Below are positions 37,332 to 51,558 of a DNA stretch of 61,710 bases, one piece after another (positions within the stretch are counted from its first letter, which is position 1; every line of letters begins with the position of its first letter). The position numbers and the translations under genes were made by a program. Origin of the DNA: Malacoraja senta (Eukaryota); assembly GCA_038087875.1 (NCBI GenBank), contig JAXLNO010000041.1:2291-64000 (forward strand), given 5' to 3'. Below the pieces are notes generated by a model. The model searched no databases. It was not told the DNA's origin and was given only the letters and a program-made list of their open reading frames with translations.

Positions 37332-38201
37332 ATGCTGACCTTGACAATGTATTGGCTTCTTGCAGCTGCAGCTCTCTTAACGGGTAAGTTGAGGACGTTT
37401 CGAAGCCTGTACATTATATTACTGCAGGGCATGGTATTTAATCAATGAAATACCCTGCATGCAATATAATGACTTTAGAATGGGAATCAGTGAGAGGACT
37501 AAACGAAGAGCACAATAAGAATATAGATGCTGTTCCCCACAAAGTGATGTTAGGAAATTTGAGGTGAATTCCCAGAAATATTGTTGGAAACCAGCGCCTA
37601 TGGTGAAGCATCGGAGAGTTAGAAAACTCTCTTGTGCTAAGTACTAGCGCTCAGCGATTCCTCTTCCCCTCTCGAGATCCAATGATGACGAGCAGATGGC
37701 GATGGAAAGGGGCGGATGATTTTTTAAAGATAATTTCATTCGGTTATTCACAGCGCCTTTCCCCCCATCTTTATTTAGCTTTTAGGGGAGGGAGATCTTT
37801 GTTGCCGTTCTACCTCAGATCAGTATAATCAATATGAATATGAGCAGAATGAGGTGATGTTGTGTTTTCTGACCTCGTACCCGGGCTCTTGCAGGATATT
37901 GTAGAGGCGACGCCGTTTCTCAGACACCAGTAGTGGTAACAGTGAGTGAAGGGGAAGATGCACAGTTGAACTGCAACTATACAACTGCAAGCACGAGCAA
38001 TCTTGGACTAATCTGGTACCGTCAGTATCCCGGCGGATCCCTTGAGTTTCTGCTGCTCAGAACGAAAATCGAAGCCGTCCAGAAGAACAATGCTGGAGAA
38101 CGTTTTTCTGCGGAGCTCAACCATTCGACAGGAACGGTCCCGCTGACGGTATCACAAACGCGGCTCCGAGACGCGGCAATGTATTACTGCGCCCTGAGCC
38201 C
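37332..38201 (+). CDS. TCR V type B, intact
   Basis: Leader 37332-37383, exon 37895-38201, RSS 38202-38240. Confidence 0.9.
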
Positions 38202-38816
38202 CACGGTGGCGCAGAATTGGGCTGAGCCTGCACAAAAACTACCAGTGCACCCACTCATGTATCACCGCGTAAACACAACTTTCTCAGCATCGGCGCGTCC
38301 TCGTTGATTGCTGCACCCGTCCCATCGCCAGTGTCATTAATACTCGATTTTTAAATATTAAAAAACCCATGACAATTGGGTTGAAGAATAGCTTCTAACA
38401 AACAAATATTAGGTTCTTGAACACTACACAGCACTAACAGAAGAACTATGAAATGTCTTCGGTTGCATTAAGCATTTCATGCATCTTATGCACATGGACT
38501 TGGTTGTTAATTCATTGAATTTTGTTTATTGTATATTATACTTCAGGCCTTGCCCCTCCTGTGACGCCATGGAACAGAAAAAAGGAGGGTTGAGATGATT
38601 GGCCAACAAAAGCAATGGTGTGATTGGCGGAATTAAGAAACTGAGTTAATTCGGGGAGTTGGAGAACAAATTAGCTCCGCGCCGACAGGATGTGACGCTG
38701 TCACGAATAAGCCAATGAATGAAGAGCCTAGACCACAGCTCTTTCACAATATCAGATTAAACCTGTTTCCGGGTGAGCGCATTTCAGTTCATATTCACTC
38801 TCAATGCAATTACAAC

Positions 38817-39674
38817 ATGCTGGCCTTGACAATGTATTGGCTTCTTACAGCTGCAGCTCTCTTAACCGGTAAGTTCACGACGTTTCCAATAATGTAGGGC
38901 ATGATATTTAAGCAACCAAATACCTTGAATGCAACAGAACGACTTTAGAAAAGGAGCCCGTCTGAGGACAGTAAACGATGAGCGCAGTAGGATAAAAGAT
39001 GCAGTTTCACAGTAATTGATGTTCGGAAATTTGATGTGAGTTTCCACGTTAATTGTTGGAAAGCAGCCCCGACGGAGAAGCATCGAAGCGTTAGAACACA
39101 CCGGTGGTCCCCGTACGAGTGCTCTACGATTCCCCTTTTCCTCCCCGGAAGCAATAACAACGTCCAGTACGATGGAACGGGCTGGATTATCTTTAAAGAT
39201 AAATTTATTCGGTAATTCCCAGCGCCTTTCCGCCCATCTTTATTTAGCTTTTAGGGGAGGGGTATGTTTGATGTCATTGTACCTCATATCAGTATGAGGA
39301 TGAGGGGTATTCTGAAGTATGAGCTGAGTTAGGTGATGTTGTGTTATTTATCCCCGGACTCTTGCAGGGAATTGTCGAGGCGACGCCGTTTGTCAGACAA
39401 CGGCAGCGGTTACAGTGAGTGAAGGGGATGATACAAAATTGAGCTGCAACTATACAGCTACAAGCACGGTCACTCCTGGACTGATCTGGTACCGTCGGTA
39501 TCCCGGCGGATCGCTTGAGTTTCTTCTGCTGAGAACGACATTCAAAGGCGGCCAGAAGAGCAATGCCGGGGTACGTTTTTCTGCGGAGCTCAAACATTTG
39601 AGAGGAATGGTCCCGCTGACCGTGTCACAAACGCGGCTCGGAGACTCGGCGATGTATTACTGCGCTCCGAACCC
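38817..39674 (+). CDS. TCR V type C' with A-type 3' end, open frame
   Basis: Leader 38817-38868, exon 39368-39674 (extra FR1 Cys in AVCQ; ends YYCAP), RSS 39675-39713 CACGGTA-23-ACAAAAATT. Confidence 0.82.
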
Positions 39675-40286
39675 CACGGTAGCGCAGAATTGGGCTGAGC
39701 CTGTACAAAAATTATCTGAGAACCCCGTCAGGAATCAGCGCGTAAGCGCAGCTTTGTCAGCATCGGCGCGTCCTCGTTGATTGCTGCACCCGTCCCAACG
39801 CCAGTGTGGTTGCTGCCATTAATACTCGATTTTTAAACATTAAAAACCCATGACAATTGAGTTGAAGAATAGCTTCTAACAAACAGACATTAGGTTCGTG
39901 AACACTCCACAGCACTAACAGATGAACTATGAACTGTCTGTGGTTGCATTAAGCAGTTCATAACTTATGCACATGGACTAGGTTGTTAATTGATTGAATT
40001 GTGTTTATTATTTCTCATACTGCATACGATGACGCCATGGGACAGAACGCAAAGGAGGTTTGAGATGATTGGGCAACAAATGCAGGGATGCGATTGGCGG
40101 AATTAAGAAACAATGTTAATTCGGGGAGTTGGAGAACAAATTAGCTCTGGGCTGAGGGGACGTGACGCTGTCAAGAATAAGCCAATGAATAGAGAGCCGA
40201 GACCACAGCTCTTTCACAATATCAGATTAAACTTGTTTCCGGGTGAGACCATTTCAGTTCATATTCACTCTCAATGCAATTACAAC

Positions 40287-41157
40287 ATGCTGACCTTGAC
40301 AATGTATTGGCTTCTTGCAGCTGTAGCTCTCTTAACGGGTAAGTTGAGGACGTTTCGAAGCCTGTACATTATATTACTGCAGGGCATGGTATTTATTCAA
40401 TGAAATACCCTGCATGCAATAGAATGACTTTAGAATGGGAATCAGTGATAGGACTAAACGAAGAGCACAATAAGAATATAGATGCTGTTCCCCACAAAGA
40501 GATGTTAGGAAATTTGAGGTGAATTCCCAGAAATATTGTTGGAAACCAGCGCCTATGGTGAAGCATCGGAGAGTTAGAAAACTCCCTTGTGCTAAGTACT
40601 AGCGCTCAGCGATTCCTCTTCCCCTCTCGAGATCCAATGATGACGAGCAGATGGCGATGGAAAGGGGCGGATGATTTTTTAAAGATAATTTCATTCGGTT
40701 ATTCACAGCCCCTTTCCCCCCCATCTTTATTTAGCTTTTAGGGGAGGGAGATCTTTGTTGCCGTTCTACCTCAGATCAGTATAATCAATATGAATATGAG
40801 CAGAATGAGGTGATGTTGTGTTTTCTAACCTCGTTCCCGGGCTCTTGCAGGATATTGTAGAGGCGACGCCGTTTCTCAGACACCAGTAGTGGTAACAGTG
40901 AGTGAAGGGGAAGATGCACAGTTGAACTGCAACTATACATCTGCAAGCACGAGCAATCTTGGACTAATCTGGTACCGTCAGTATCCCGGCGGATCCCTTG
41001 AGTTTCTGCTGCTCAGAACGAAAATCGAAGCCGTCCAGAAGAACAATGCTGGAGAACGTTTTTCTGCGGAGCTCAACCATTCGACAGGAACGGTCCCACT
41101 GACGATATCACAAACGCGGCTCCGAGACGCGGCAATGTATTACTGCGCCCTGAGCCC
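40287..41157 (+). CDS. TCR V type B, intact
   Basis: Leader 40287-40338, exon 40851-41157, RSS 41158-41196. Confidence 0.9.
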
Positions 41158-41781
41158 CACGGTGGCGCAGAATTGGGCTCAGCCTGCACAAAAACTACCA
41201 GTGCACCCACTCATGTATCACCGCGTAAACACAACTTTCTCAGCATCGGCGCGTCCTCGTTGATTGCTGCACCCGTCCCATCGCCAGTGTGTTTGCTGTC
41301 ATTAATACTCGATTTTTAAATATTAAAAAACCCATGACAATTGGGTTGAAGAATAGCTTCTAACAAACAAATATTAGGTTCTTGAACACTACACAGCACT
41401 AACAGAAGAACTATGAAATGTCTTCGGTTGCATTAAGCATTTCATGCATCTTATGCACATGGACTTGGTTGTTAATTTATTGAATTTTGTTTATTGTATA
41501 TTATACTTCAGGCCTTGCCCCTCCTGTGACGCCATGGAACAGAAAAAAGGAGGGTTGAGATGATTGGCCAACAAAAGCAATGGTGTGATTGGCGGAATTA
41601 AGAAACTGAGTTAATTCGGGAAGTTGGAGAACAAATTTGCTCCGCGCCGACAGGATGTGACGCTGTCACGAATAAGCCAATGAATGAAGAGCCTAGACCA
41701 CAGCTCTTTCACAATATCAGATTAAACCTGTTTCCGGGTGAGCGCATTTCAGTTCATATTCACTCTCAATGCAATTACAAC

Positions 41782-42639
41782 ATGCTGGCCTTGACAATGT
41801 ATCGGCTTCTTACAGCTGCAGCTCTCTTAACCGGTAAGTTCACGACGTTTCCAATAATGTAGGGCATGATATTTAAGCAACCAAATACCTTGAATGCAAC
41901 AGAACGACTTTAGAAAAGGAGTCCGTCTGAGGACAGTAAACGATGAGCGCAGTAGGAAAAAAGATGCCGTTTCACAGTAATTGATGTTCGGAAATTTGAG
42001 GTGAGGTTCCAGGTTAATTGTTGGAAAGCAGCCCCGACGGAGAAGCATCGAAGCGTTAGAACACACCGGTGGTCCCCGTACGAGTGCTCTACGATTCCCC
42101 TTTTCCTCCCCGGAAGCAATAACAACGTCCAGTACGATGGAACGGGTTGGATTATCTTTATAGATAAATTTATTCGGTAATTCCCAGCGCCTTTCCGCCC
42201 ATCTTTATTTAGCTTTTAGGGGAGGGGTATGTTTGATGTCATTGTACCTCATATCAGTATGAGGATGAGGGGTATTCTGAAGTATGAGCTGAGTTAGGTG
42301 ATGTTGTGTTATTTATCCCCGGACTCTTGCAGGGAATTGTCGAGGCGACGCCGTTTCTCAGACAACGGCAGCGGTTACAGTGAGTGAAGGGGATGATAAA
42401 AAATTGAGCTGCAACTATACAGCTACAAGCACGGTCACTCCTGGACTGATCTGGTACCGTCGGTATCCCGGCGGATCCCTTGAGTTTCTTCTGCTGAGAA
42501 CGACATTCAAAGGCGGCCAGAAGAGCAATGCCGGGGAACGTTTTTCTGCGGAGCTCAAACATTTGAGAGGAACGGTTCCGCTGACCGTGTCACAAACGCG
42601 GCTCCGAGACTCGGCGATGCATTACTGCGCTCCGAACCC
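41782..42639 (+). CDS. TCR V type C' with A-type 3' end, open frame
   Basis: Leader 41782-41833 (W to R), exon 42333-42639 (ends HYCAP), RSS 42640-42678 with heptamer CACGGTA. Confidence 0.8.
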
Positions 42640-43251
42640 CACGGTAGCGCAGAATTGGGCTGAGCCTGTACAAAAATTATCTGAGAACTCCGTCAGGAAT
42701 CAGCGCGTAAGCGCAGCTTTGTCAGCATCGGCGCGTCCTCGTTGATTGCTGCACCCGTCCCAACGCCAGTGTGGTAGCTGCCATTAATACTCGATTTTTA
42801 AACATTAAAAACCCATGACAATTGAGTTGAACAATAGCTTCTAACAAACAGACATTAGGTTCATGAACACTCCACAGCACTAACAGATGAACTATGAACA
42901 GTCTGTGGTTGCATTAAGCAGTTCATAACTTATGCACATGGACTAGGTTGTTAATTGATTGAATTGTGTTTATTATTTGTCATACTGCATACTATGACGC
43001 CATGGGACAGAAAACAAAGGAGGTTTGAGATGATTGGGCATCAAAAGCAATGATGCGATTGGCGGAATTAAGAAACAATGTTAATTCGGGGAGTTGGAGA
43101 ACAAATTAGGTCTTCGCTGATGGGACGTGACGCTGTCAAGAATAAGCCAATGAATAGAGAGCCGAGACCACAGCTCTTTCACAATATCAGATTAAACCTG
43201 TTTCCGTGTGAGACCATTTTGGTTCATATTCACTCTCAATGCAATTACAAC

Positions 43252-44122
43252 ATGCTGCCCGTGACAATTTATTGTCTTCTTGCAGCTGCAGCTCTCTTAA
43301 CGGGTAAGTTCAGGACGTTTCGAAGCCTGTACATTATATTACTGTAGGGCATGGCATTTAATCAATGAAATACCCGGCATGCAATAGAATGACTTTAGAA
43401 TGGGAATCAGTGAGAGGACTAAACGAAGAGCACAATAAAAATATAGATGCAGTTCCACACAAAGTGATGTTAGGAAATTTGAGGTGAATTCCCAGAAATA
43501 TTGTTGGAAACCAGCGCCTATGGTGAAGCATCGGAGAGTTAGAATACTCCCTTGTGCTAAGTACTAGCGCTCAGCGATTCCTCTTCCCATCTCGAGATCC
43601 AATGATGACGAGCAGATGGCGATGGAAAGGGGCGGATGATTTTTTAAAGATAATTTCATTCGGTTATTCACAGCCCCTTTCCCCCCCATCTTTATTTAGC
43701 TTTTAGGGGAGGGAGATCTTTGTTGCCGTTCTACCTCAGATCAGTATAATCAATATGACTATGAGCAGAATGACGTGATGTTGTGTTTTCTAACCTCGTT
43801 CGCGGGCTCTTGCAGGATATTGTAGAGGCGACGCCGTTTCTCAGACACCAGTAGTGGTAACAGTGAGTGAAGGGGAAGATGCACAGTTGAACTGCAACTA
43901 TACATCTGCAAGCACGAGCAATCTTCGACTAATCTGGTACCGTCAGTATCCCGGCGGATCCCTTGAGTTTCTGCTGCTCAGAACGAAAATCGAAGCCGTC
44001 CAGAAGAACAATGCTGGAGAACGTTTTTCTGCGGAGCTCAACCATTCGACAGGAACGGTCCCGCTGACGATATCACAAACGCGGCTCCGAGACGCGGCAA
44101 TGTATTACTGCGCCCTGAGCCC
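43252..44122 (+). CDS. TCR V type B, intact
   Basis: Leader 43252-43303, exon 43816-44122 (SNLR), RSS 44123-44161. Confidence 0.9.
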
Positions 44123-44746
44123 CACGGTGGCGCAGAATTGGGCTCAGCCTGCACAAAAACTACCAGCGCACTCAATCATGTATCACCGCGTAAACACAAC
44201 TTTCTCAGCATCGGCGCGTCCTCGTTGATTGCTGCACCCGTCCCATCGCCAGTGTGTTTGCTGTCATTAATACTCGATTTTTAAATATTAAAAAACCCAT
44301 GACAATTGGGTTGAAGAATAGCTTCTAACAAACAAATATTAGGTTCTTGAACACTACACAGCACTAACAGAAGAACTATGAAATGTCTTCGGTTGCATTA
44401 AGCATTTCATGCATCTTATGCACATGGACTTGGTTGTTAATTTATTGAATTTTGTTTATTGTTTGTTATACTTCAGGCCTTGCCCCTCCTGTGACGCCAT
44501 GGGACAGAAAAAAGGAGGGTTGAGATGATTGGCCAACAAAAGCAATGGTGTGATTGGCGGAATTAAGAAACGGAGTTAATTCGGGGAGTTGGAGAACAAA
44601 TTAGCTCCGCGCCGACAGGATGTGACGCTGTCACGAATAAGCCAATGAATGAAGAGCCTAGACCACAGCTCTTTCACAATATCAGATTAAACCTGTTTCC
44701 GGGTGAGCGCATTTCAGTTCATATTCACTCTCAATGCAATTACAAC

Positions 44747-45603
44747 ATGCTGGCCTTGACAATGTATCGGCTTCTTACAGCTGCAGCTCTCTTAACCGGT
44801 AAGTTCACGAGGTTTCCAATAATGTAGGGCATGATATTTAAGCAACCAAATACCTTGAATGCAACAGAACGACTTTAGAAAAGGAGTCCGTCTGAGGACA
44901 GTAAACGATGAGCGCAGTAGGATAAAAGATGCAGTTTCACAGTAATTGATGTTCGGAAATTTGAGGTGAGTTTCCAGGTTAATTGTTGGAAAGCAGCCCC
45001 GACGGAGAAGCATCGAAGCGTTAGAACACACCGGTGGTCCCCGTACGAATGCTCTACGATTCCCCTTTTCCTCCCCGGAAGCAATAACAACGTCCAGTAC
45101 GATGGAACGGGTTGGATTATCTTTAAAGATAAATTACTCGGTAATTCCCAGCGCCTTTCCGCCCATCGTTATTTAGCTTTTAGAGGAGGGGTATGTTTGA
45201 TGTCATTGTACCTCATATCAGTATGAGGATGAGGGGTATTCTGAAGTATGAGCTGAGCTAGGTTATATTGTGTTATTAATCCCCGGACTCTTGCAGGGAA
45301 TTGTCGAGGCGACGCCGTTTCTCAGACACCGGCAGCGGTTACAGTGAGTGAAGGGGATGATACAAAATTGAGCTGCAAATATACAGCTACAAGCACGGTA
45401 TCCCCTGGACTAATCTGGTACCGTCAGTATGCCGGCGGATGCCTTGAGTTTCTGCTGCTCAGAACGAAAATCGAAGCCGCCCAGAAGAACAGTGCCGGTG
45501 AACGTTTTTCTGCGGAGCTCAACCATTCGACAGGAACGGTCCCGCTGACCGTGTCACAAACGCGGCTCCGAGACTCGGCGATGTATTACTGCGCACTGAA
45601 CCC
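44747..45603 (+). CDS. TCR V type C, intact
   Basis: Leader 44747-44798, exon 45297-45603, RSS 45604-45642. Confidence 0.9.
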
Positions 45604-46228
45604 CACGGTGGCGCAGTGGTGGGCTGAGCCTGCACAAAAACTGCCAGTGCACCCACTCATGTATCACCGCGTCAGCGCAGCTTTGTCAGCATCGGCGCGT
45701 CCTCGTTGATTGCTGCACCGTTCCCAACGCCAGTGTGTTTACTGTCATTAATACTCGATTTTTAAATATTAAAAACCCATGACAATTGGGTTGAAGAATA
45801 GCTTCTAACAAACAAATATTAGGTTCTTGAACTCTACACAGCACTGAAAAATGAACTATGAAATGTCTTCGCTTGCATTAAGCACTTCATTCATCTTATG
45901 CACATGGACTAGGTTGTTAATTTATTGAATTTTGTTTATTGTATGTTATACTTCAGGCCTTGCCCCTCCTGTGACGCCGTGGAACAGAAAACAAAGGAGG
46001 TTTGAAATGATTGGGCAACAAAAGCAATGACGTGATTGGCGGAATTAAGAAACTGAGTGAATTAGGGGAGTTGGAGAACAAATTAGCTCCGCGCCGACGG
46101 GATGAGACGCTGTCAAGAATAAGCCAACGAATGAAGAACCTAGACCACAGCCCTTTCACAATATCAGATTAAACCTGTTTCCGGGTGAGCGCATTTCAGT
46201 TCATATTCACTCTCAATGCAATTACAAC

Positions 46229-47060
46229 ATGCTGGCCGTGACAATTTATTGGCTTCTTACAGCTGCAGCTCTTTTAACGGGTAAGTACAAGACGTTTCCA
46301 AGCCTGAATATTATATTACTGTAGGGCATGGTATTTAATCAATAAAATGCCTTGCATGCAATGGAATGACTTTAGAAAGTGAGTCAGTGAGGGAACAATA
46401 AACGAAGAGTACAATAAGAATATAGATGCAGTTCCGACCAAAGTGCTGTAAGGATTTTGAGATGAGTTTCCAGGTATATTAGACCACGCCCGTGTTCTAA
46501 GGTCGTGCGCTCAGCAATTCGTCTCCTCCTCCCGAGATGCAATGATGACGAGCAGGTGGCGATGGAAAGGGGTGGATGATTTTTAAATATAGTTTCATTC
46601 GGTAATTCACAGCGCGTTTTCTCCCACCTTCATTTAGGTTTGAGTGCAGGGAGATCTTTGTTGCCGTTCTACCTCAGATCAGTACCAGGATAAGGTGAGC
46701 GTGAGGAGAATGCGGTGATATTCTTGTTTTTAACTTCGTTCCCGGACTCTTGCAGAGCATTGTCGAGGCGACGCCGTTTCTCAGACACCAGTAGTGGTAA
46801 CAATGAGCGAAGGGGATGATGCCCAGTTGAACTGCATCTATACAGCTACAAGCACGAACAATCTTGTATTAATGTGGTACCGGCAGTATCCCGGCGGATC
46901 CCTTCAATTTCTGGTTCAGAACGAAATTCGAAGCCGCCCAGAAGAACAGTGCTGGAGAACGTTTGGCTGCGGAGCTCAACCATTTGACAGGAACAGTCCC
47001 GCTGACTGTGTCGCAAACGCGGCTCCGAGACGCGGCGATGTATTACTGCGCCCTGAGTCC
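46229..47060 (+). pseudogene. TCR V type D, frameshifted
   Basis: Leader 46229-46280, exon 46756-47060, 11-bp-spacer RSS 47061-47087. Confidence 0.88.
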
Positions 47061-47134
47061 CACGGAGGCAGCGATTGTACATAAACTACCATTTCCGGAT
47101 TTCAGTTCATATTCACTCTCCATGTAATTGAAAC

Positions 47135-47836
47135 ATGCTGTCATTGACTATTTATTTGCTTCTTATAGCTGCAGCTCTCTTAACCGGTATGTTCACGACG
47201 TTTCCAAGCCTGTATATTATGTTACTTTAGGGCATGATATCTCATCAATCAAATACATTGAATGCAATGGAATCACGTTAGAATGCCATTCAATGGGAGG
47301 ATAGTAAGTGAAGAGTACAAAGAGGAATATAGATGCAGTTCCTCAATAGGGATGTGAGGGGATTTGAGGCGTTTCCAGGTTAATAGCTGGAAACTAGCCC
47401 CGGTTGGGTAGAGTCCAGCAGTTGGAACACACCGGTGTTCTACGTAGGAGCGCTCTACGATTCCCCTTTTCCTTCCGGGACGCAATGATGACGAGCGGAG
47501 TGCGATGGAAAGGGTTGGATGATCTTTAAAGATAATTTCATTCGGTAATTGCCAACGCCTACCCCCCACCTTTATGTAGCTTTTAGGGGAGGGGTATCAT
47601 TAATGCCATTGCACCTCGAATCAGTACCAGGATAGGGGGTATTTTCGAATATGAACACAGTAAGGTGATGTTCTGTTGTTTAACTTCGTCCCCGGATTCT
47701 TGCAGGGCATTGTCGAGGCGACGCCGTTTCTCAGACCCCAGCAATGATAACAGTGAGTGAAGGCGATGACGCACCGTTGAAGTGCAACTACACAGCTACA
47801 ATCACGAGCAATCTTAGACTAATCTGGTACCGTCAT
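47135..47836 (+). pseudogene. TCR V type E, truncated
   Basis: Leader 47135-47186, exon 47706-47836. Confidence 0.88.
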
Positions 47837-48252
47837 GGCCCTGTCCCACGGTGCGAGGCCACCCACGTGTGATCCCGAGTTTAAAACAAATCAAACTCGT
47901 GGTAATCACGTAGCGGGAACGTCGGAACTCGTAACTCTAACGGCAGGTACTCTTGAAACTTGTTAACTCGTGAAAATCTTTCAACATGCTGAAAGATTTC
48001 CACGAGTCAGAGTTACTCTTGAAGTAAAACATTTAAACTTTTAAACTCGTTGTAAGAACTTAGTAGCCCGTGAGTTTACCGTAGTGACTCGTGAGTCTAC
48101 CGTGGGCACTCTTTAACTCAGCTGGACAGGCAGCATCTCTGCAGAGAAGGAATGGGTGACGGGATGACGTTTCCAAAATTCTGCTGCGTCTTTGTGTTAC
48201 TCCAGCACTTTGTGTTCACTTTTTGTCAACCAGCATCTGCCCTTTCTTGTGT
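47837..48252. mobile_element. Composite MITE-like plus repeat insertion (copy 6)
   Basis: Same junction as the other copies, with several private substitutions. Confidence 0.65.
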
Positions 48253-48708
48253 ATGACATTATTTGTACCCGTGGCAGTTGATTGTCGCTCACATACCAGG
48301 CTTTTAAACACGACACAACACTAACCTATGATCTATGAACTGTCTTTCGGTGCACTTAGCAATTCAAGCTTTTTAATGCACATGGATTACGTTATTAATT
48401 TATTGTATTTTGTTTATTATTTATCATACTTCAGGCCTTGTCTCTCCTGTGACTTCATGAAACAGAAAACAAAGGAGGTTTGAGATGATTGGCAACTGAG
48501 AAGCAGTGAGTTGATTGGCGGAATTCAGCGAGTGAGGTAAGTCGGGGGGGTTGGAGAACACATTCGCTCAGTGCCGAGGGGATGTGCCGTCGTCAAAAAT
48601 AAACCAATGAATTGAGAGCCTAGACCACAGCTCTTTCACAATATCTGATTAAACATATTTCCCGATGAGAACATTTCAGTTCATATTCACTCTCAAAGCA
48701 ATCACAAC

Positions 48709-49451
48709 ATGTTGGCCGTGATTATTTATTCTCTTCTTGCAGCTGCAGCTCTCTTAACCGGTAGGTGCACGGCGTTTCCGACCCTGGATATTATATTATT
48801 ACGGGGCATGATATTTAATCAATCAACTAGTTTGAATGCAATAGAATGACTTAAGAAAGGGAGTCACACCCATGTTCTACGGACGAGTGCTGAAAGATTC
48901 TCTTTTCTCCCTCCCAAGACAGAATGATGACGAGCAGAGGGCAATGGAAAGGGTTACATGATCTTTAAAGACAATTTAATTCAGTAATTCCCACTGCTTT
49001 CCCGCCACCTTGATGTGGGTTTTAGGGGAGGGTATTCTTTGCTGCCGTTGTGCCTCAGATCAGTATCAAGATATGCGGCATTTTCCAGTATCAACATATT
49101 GGGATAATGCAATGTAATTTAATTTCTTCCCCTGGCCCTTGCAGGACATTGTTGAGGCGAAGCCGTTTCTCAGACACCAGTAGTGGAAACAGTAAATGAA
49201 GGGGATGATGCCCAGTTGAATTGCAACTATACAGCTACAAGCACGAGCGTCCCTGGACTAATCTGGTACCGTCAGTATCCCGGCGGATCCCTTGAGTTTC
49301 TGCTGCTCAAAACGACATTCAAAGGCGGCCAGAAGAACAATGCCGGGGAACGTTTTTCTGCGGAGCTCAACCATTTGACAGGAACGGTCCCGCTGACCGT
49401 GTCACAAACGCGGCTCCGAGACTCGGCCATGTATTACTGCGCTCTGAACCC
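48709..49451 (+). pseudogene. TCR V type A with a nonsense codon at the start of the V exon
   Basis: Leader 48709-48760. Exon starts at 49145 as ga cat tgt TGA (49153-49155; CGA in paralogues). The rest is open and RSS 49452-49490 is CACGGTG. The ORF track misses this because its ORF starts downstream. Confidence 0.85.
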
Positions 49452-50063
49452 CACGGTGGCGCAGAATTGGGCTGAGCCTGTACAAAAATTATCTGAGAAC
49501 CCCGTCAGGAATCAGCGCGTAAGCGCAGCTTTGTCAGCATCGGCGCGTCCTCGTTGATTGCTGCACCCGTCCCAACGCCAGTGTGGTTGCTGCCATTAAT
49601 ACTCGATTTTTAAACATTAAAAACCCATGACAATTGAGTTGAAGAATAGCTTCTAACAAACAGACATTAGGTTCGTGAACACTCCACAGCACTAACAGAT
49701 GAACTATGAACTGTCTGTGGTTGCATTAAGCAGTTCATAACTTATGCACATGGACTAGGTTGTTAATTGATTGAATTGTGTTTATTATTTCTCATACTGC
49801 ATACGATGACGCCATGGGACAGAACGCAAAGGAGGTTTGAGATGATTGGGCAACAAATGCAGGAATGTGATTGGCGGAATTAAGAAACAATGTTAATTCG
49901 GGGAGTTGGAGAACAAATTAGCTCTGGGCTGAGGGGACATGACGCTGTCAAGAATAAGCCAATGAATAGAGAGCCGAGACCACAGCTCTTTCACAATATC
50001 AGATGAAACTTGTTTCCGGGTGAGACCATTTCAGTTCATATTCACTCTCAATGCAATTACAAC

Positions 50064-50934
50064 ATGCTGCCCGTGACAATTTATTGTCTTCTTGCAGCTG
50101 CAGCTCTCTTAACGGGTAAGTTCAGGACGTTTCGAAGCCTGTACATTATATTACTGTAGGGCATGGTATTTAATCAATGAAATACCCTGCATGCAATAGA
50201 ATGACTTTAGAATGGGAATCAGTGAGAGGACTAAACGAAGAGCACAATAAGAATATAGATGCAGTGCCACACAAAGTGATGTTAGGAAATTTGAGTAGAA
50301 TTCCCAGAAATATTGTTGGAAACCAGCGCCTATGGTGAAGCATCGGAGAGTTAGAAAACTCCCGTGTGCTAAGTACGAGCGCTCAGCGATTCCTCTTCCC
50401 CTCTCGAGATCCAATGATGACAAGCAGATGGCGATGGAAAGGGGCGGATGATTTTTTAAAGATAATTTCATTCGGTTATTCACAGCGCCTTTCCCCCCCA
50501 TCTTTATTTAGCTTTTAGGGGAGGGAGATCTTTGTTGCCGTTCTACCTCAGATCAGTATAATTAATATGAATATGAGCAGAATGAGGTGATGTTGTGTTT
50601 TCTAACCTCGTACCCGGGCTCTTGCAGGATATTGTAGAGGCGACGCCGTTTCTCAGACACCAGTAGTGGTAACAGTGAGTGAAGGGGAAGATGCACAGTT
50701 GAAGTGCAACTATACAACTGCAAGCACGAGCATTCTTGGACTAATCTGGTACCGTCAGTCTCCCGGCGGATCCCTTGAGTTTCTGCTGCTCAGAACGAAA
50801 ATCGAAGCCGTCCAGAAGAACAATGCTGGAGAACGTTTTTCTGCGGAGATCAACCATTCGACAGGAACGGTCCCGCTGACGGTATCACAAACGCGGCTCC
50901 GAGACGCGGCAATGTATTACTGCGCCCTGAACCC
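50064..50934 (+). CDS. TCR V type B, intact
   Basis: Leader 50064-50115, exon 50628-50934, RSS 50935-50973. Confidence 0.9.
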
Positions 50935-51558
50935 CACGGTGGCGCAGAATTGGGCTGAGCCTGCACAAAAACTACCAGTGCACCCACTCATGTATCACCG
51001 CGTAAACACAACTTTCTCAGCATCGGCGCGTCCTCGTTGATTGCTGCACCCGTCCCATCGCCAGTGTGTTTGCTGTCATTAATACTCGATTTTTAAATAT
51101 TAAAAAACCCATGACAATTGGGTTGAAGAATAGCTTCTAACAAACAAATATTAGGTTCTTGAACACTACACAGCACTAACAGAAGAACTATGAAATGTCT
51201 TCGGTTGCATTAAGCATTTCATGCATCTTATGCACATGGACTTGGTTGTTAATTTATTGAATTTTGTTTATTGTATATTATACTTCAGGCCTTGCCCCTC
51301 CTGTGACGCCATGGAACAGAAAAAAGGAGGGTTGAGATGATTGGCCAACAAAAGCAATGGTGTGATTGGCGGAATTAAGAAACTGAGTTAATTCGGGGAG
51401 TTGGAGAACAAATTAGCTCCGCGCCGACAGGATGTGACGCTGTCACGAATAAGCCAATGAATGAAGAGCCTAGACCACAGCTCTTTCACAATATCAGATT
51501 AAACCTGTTTCCGGGTGAGCGCATTTCAGTTCATATTCACTCTCAATGCAATTACAAC

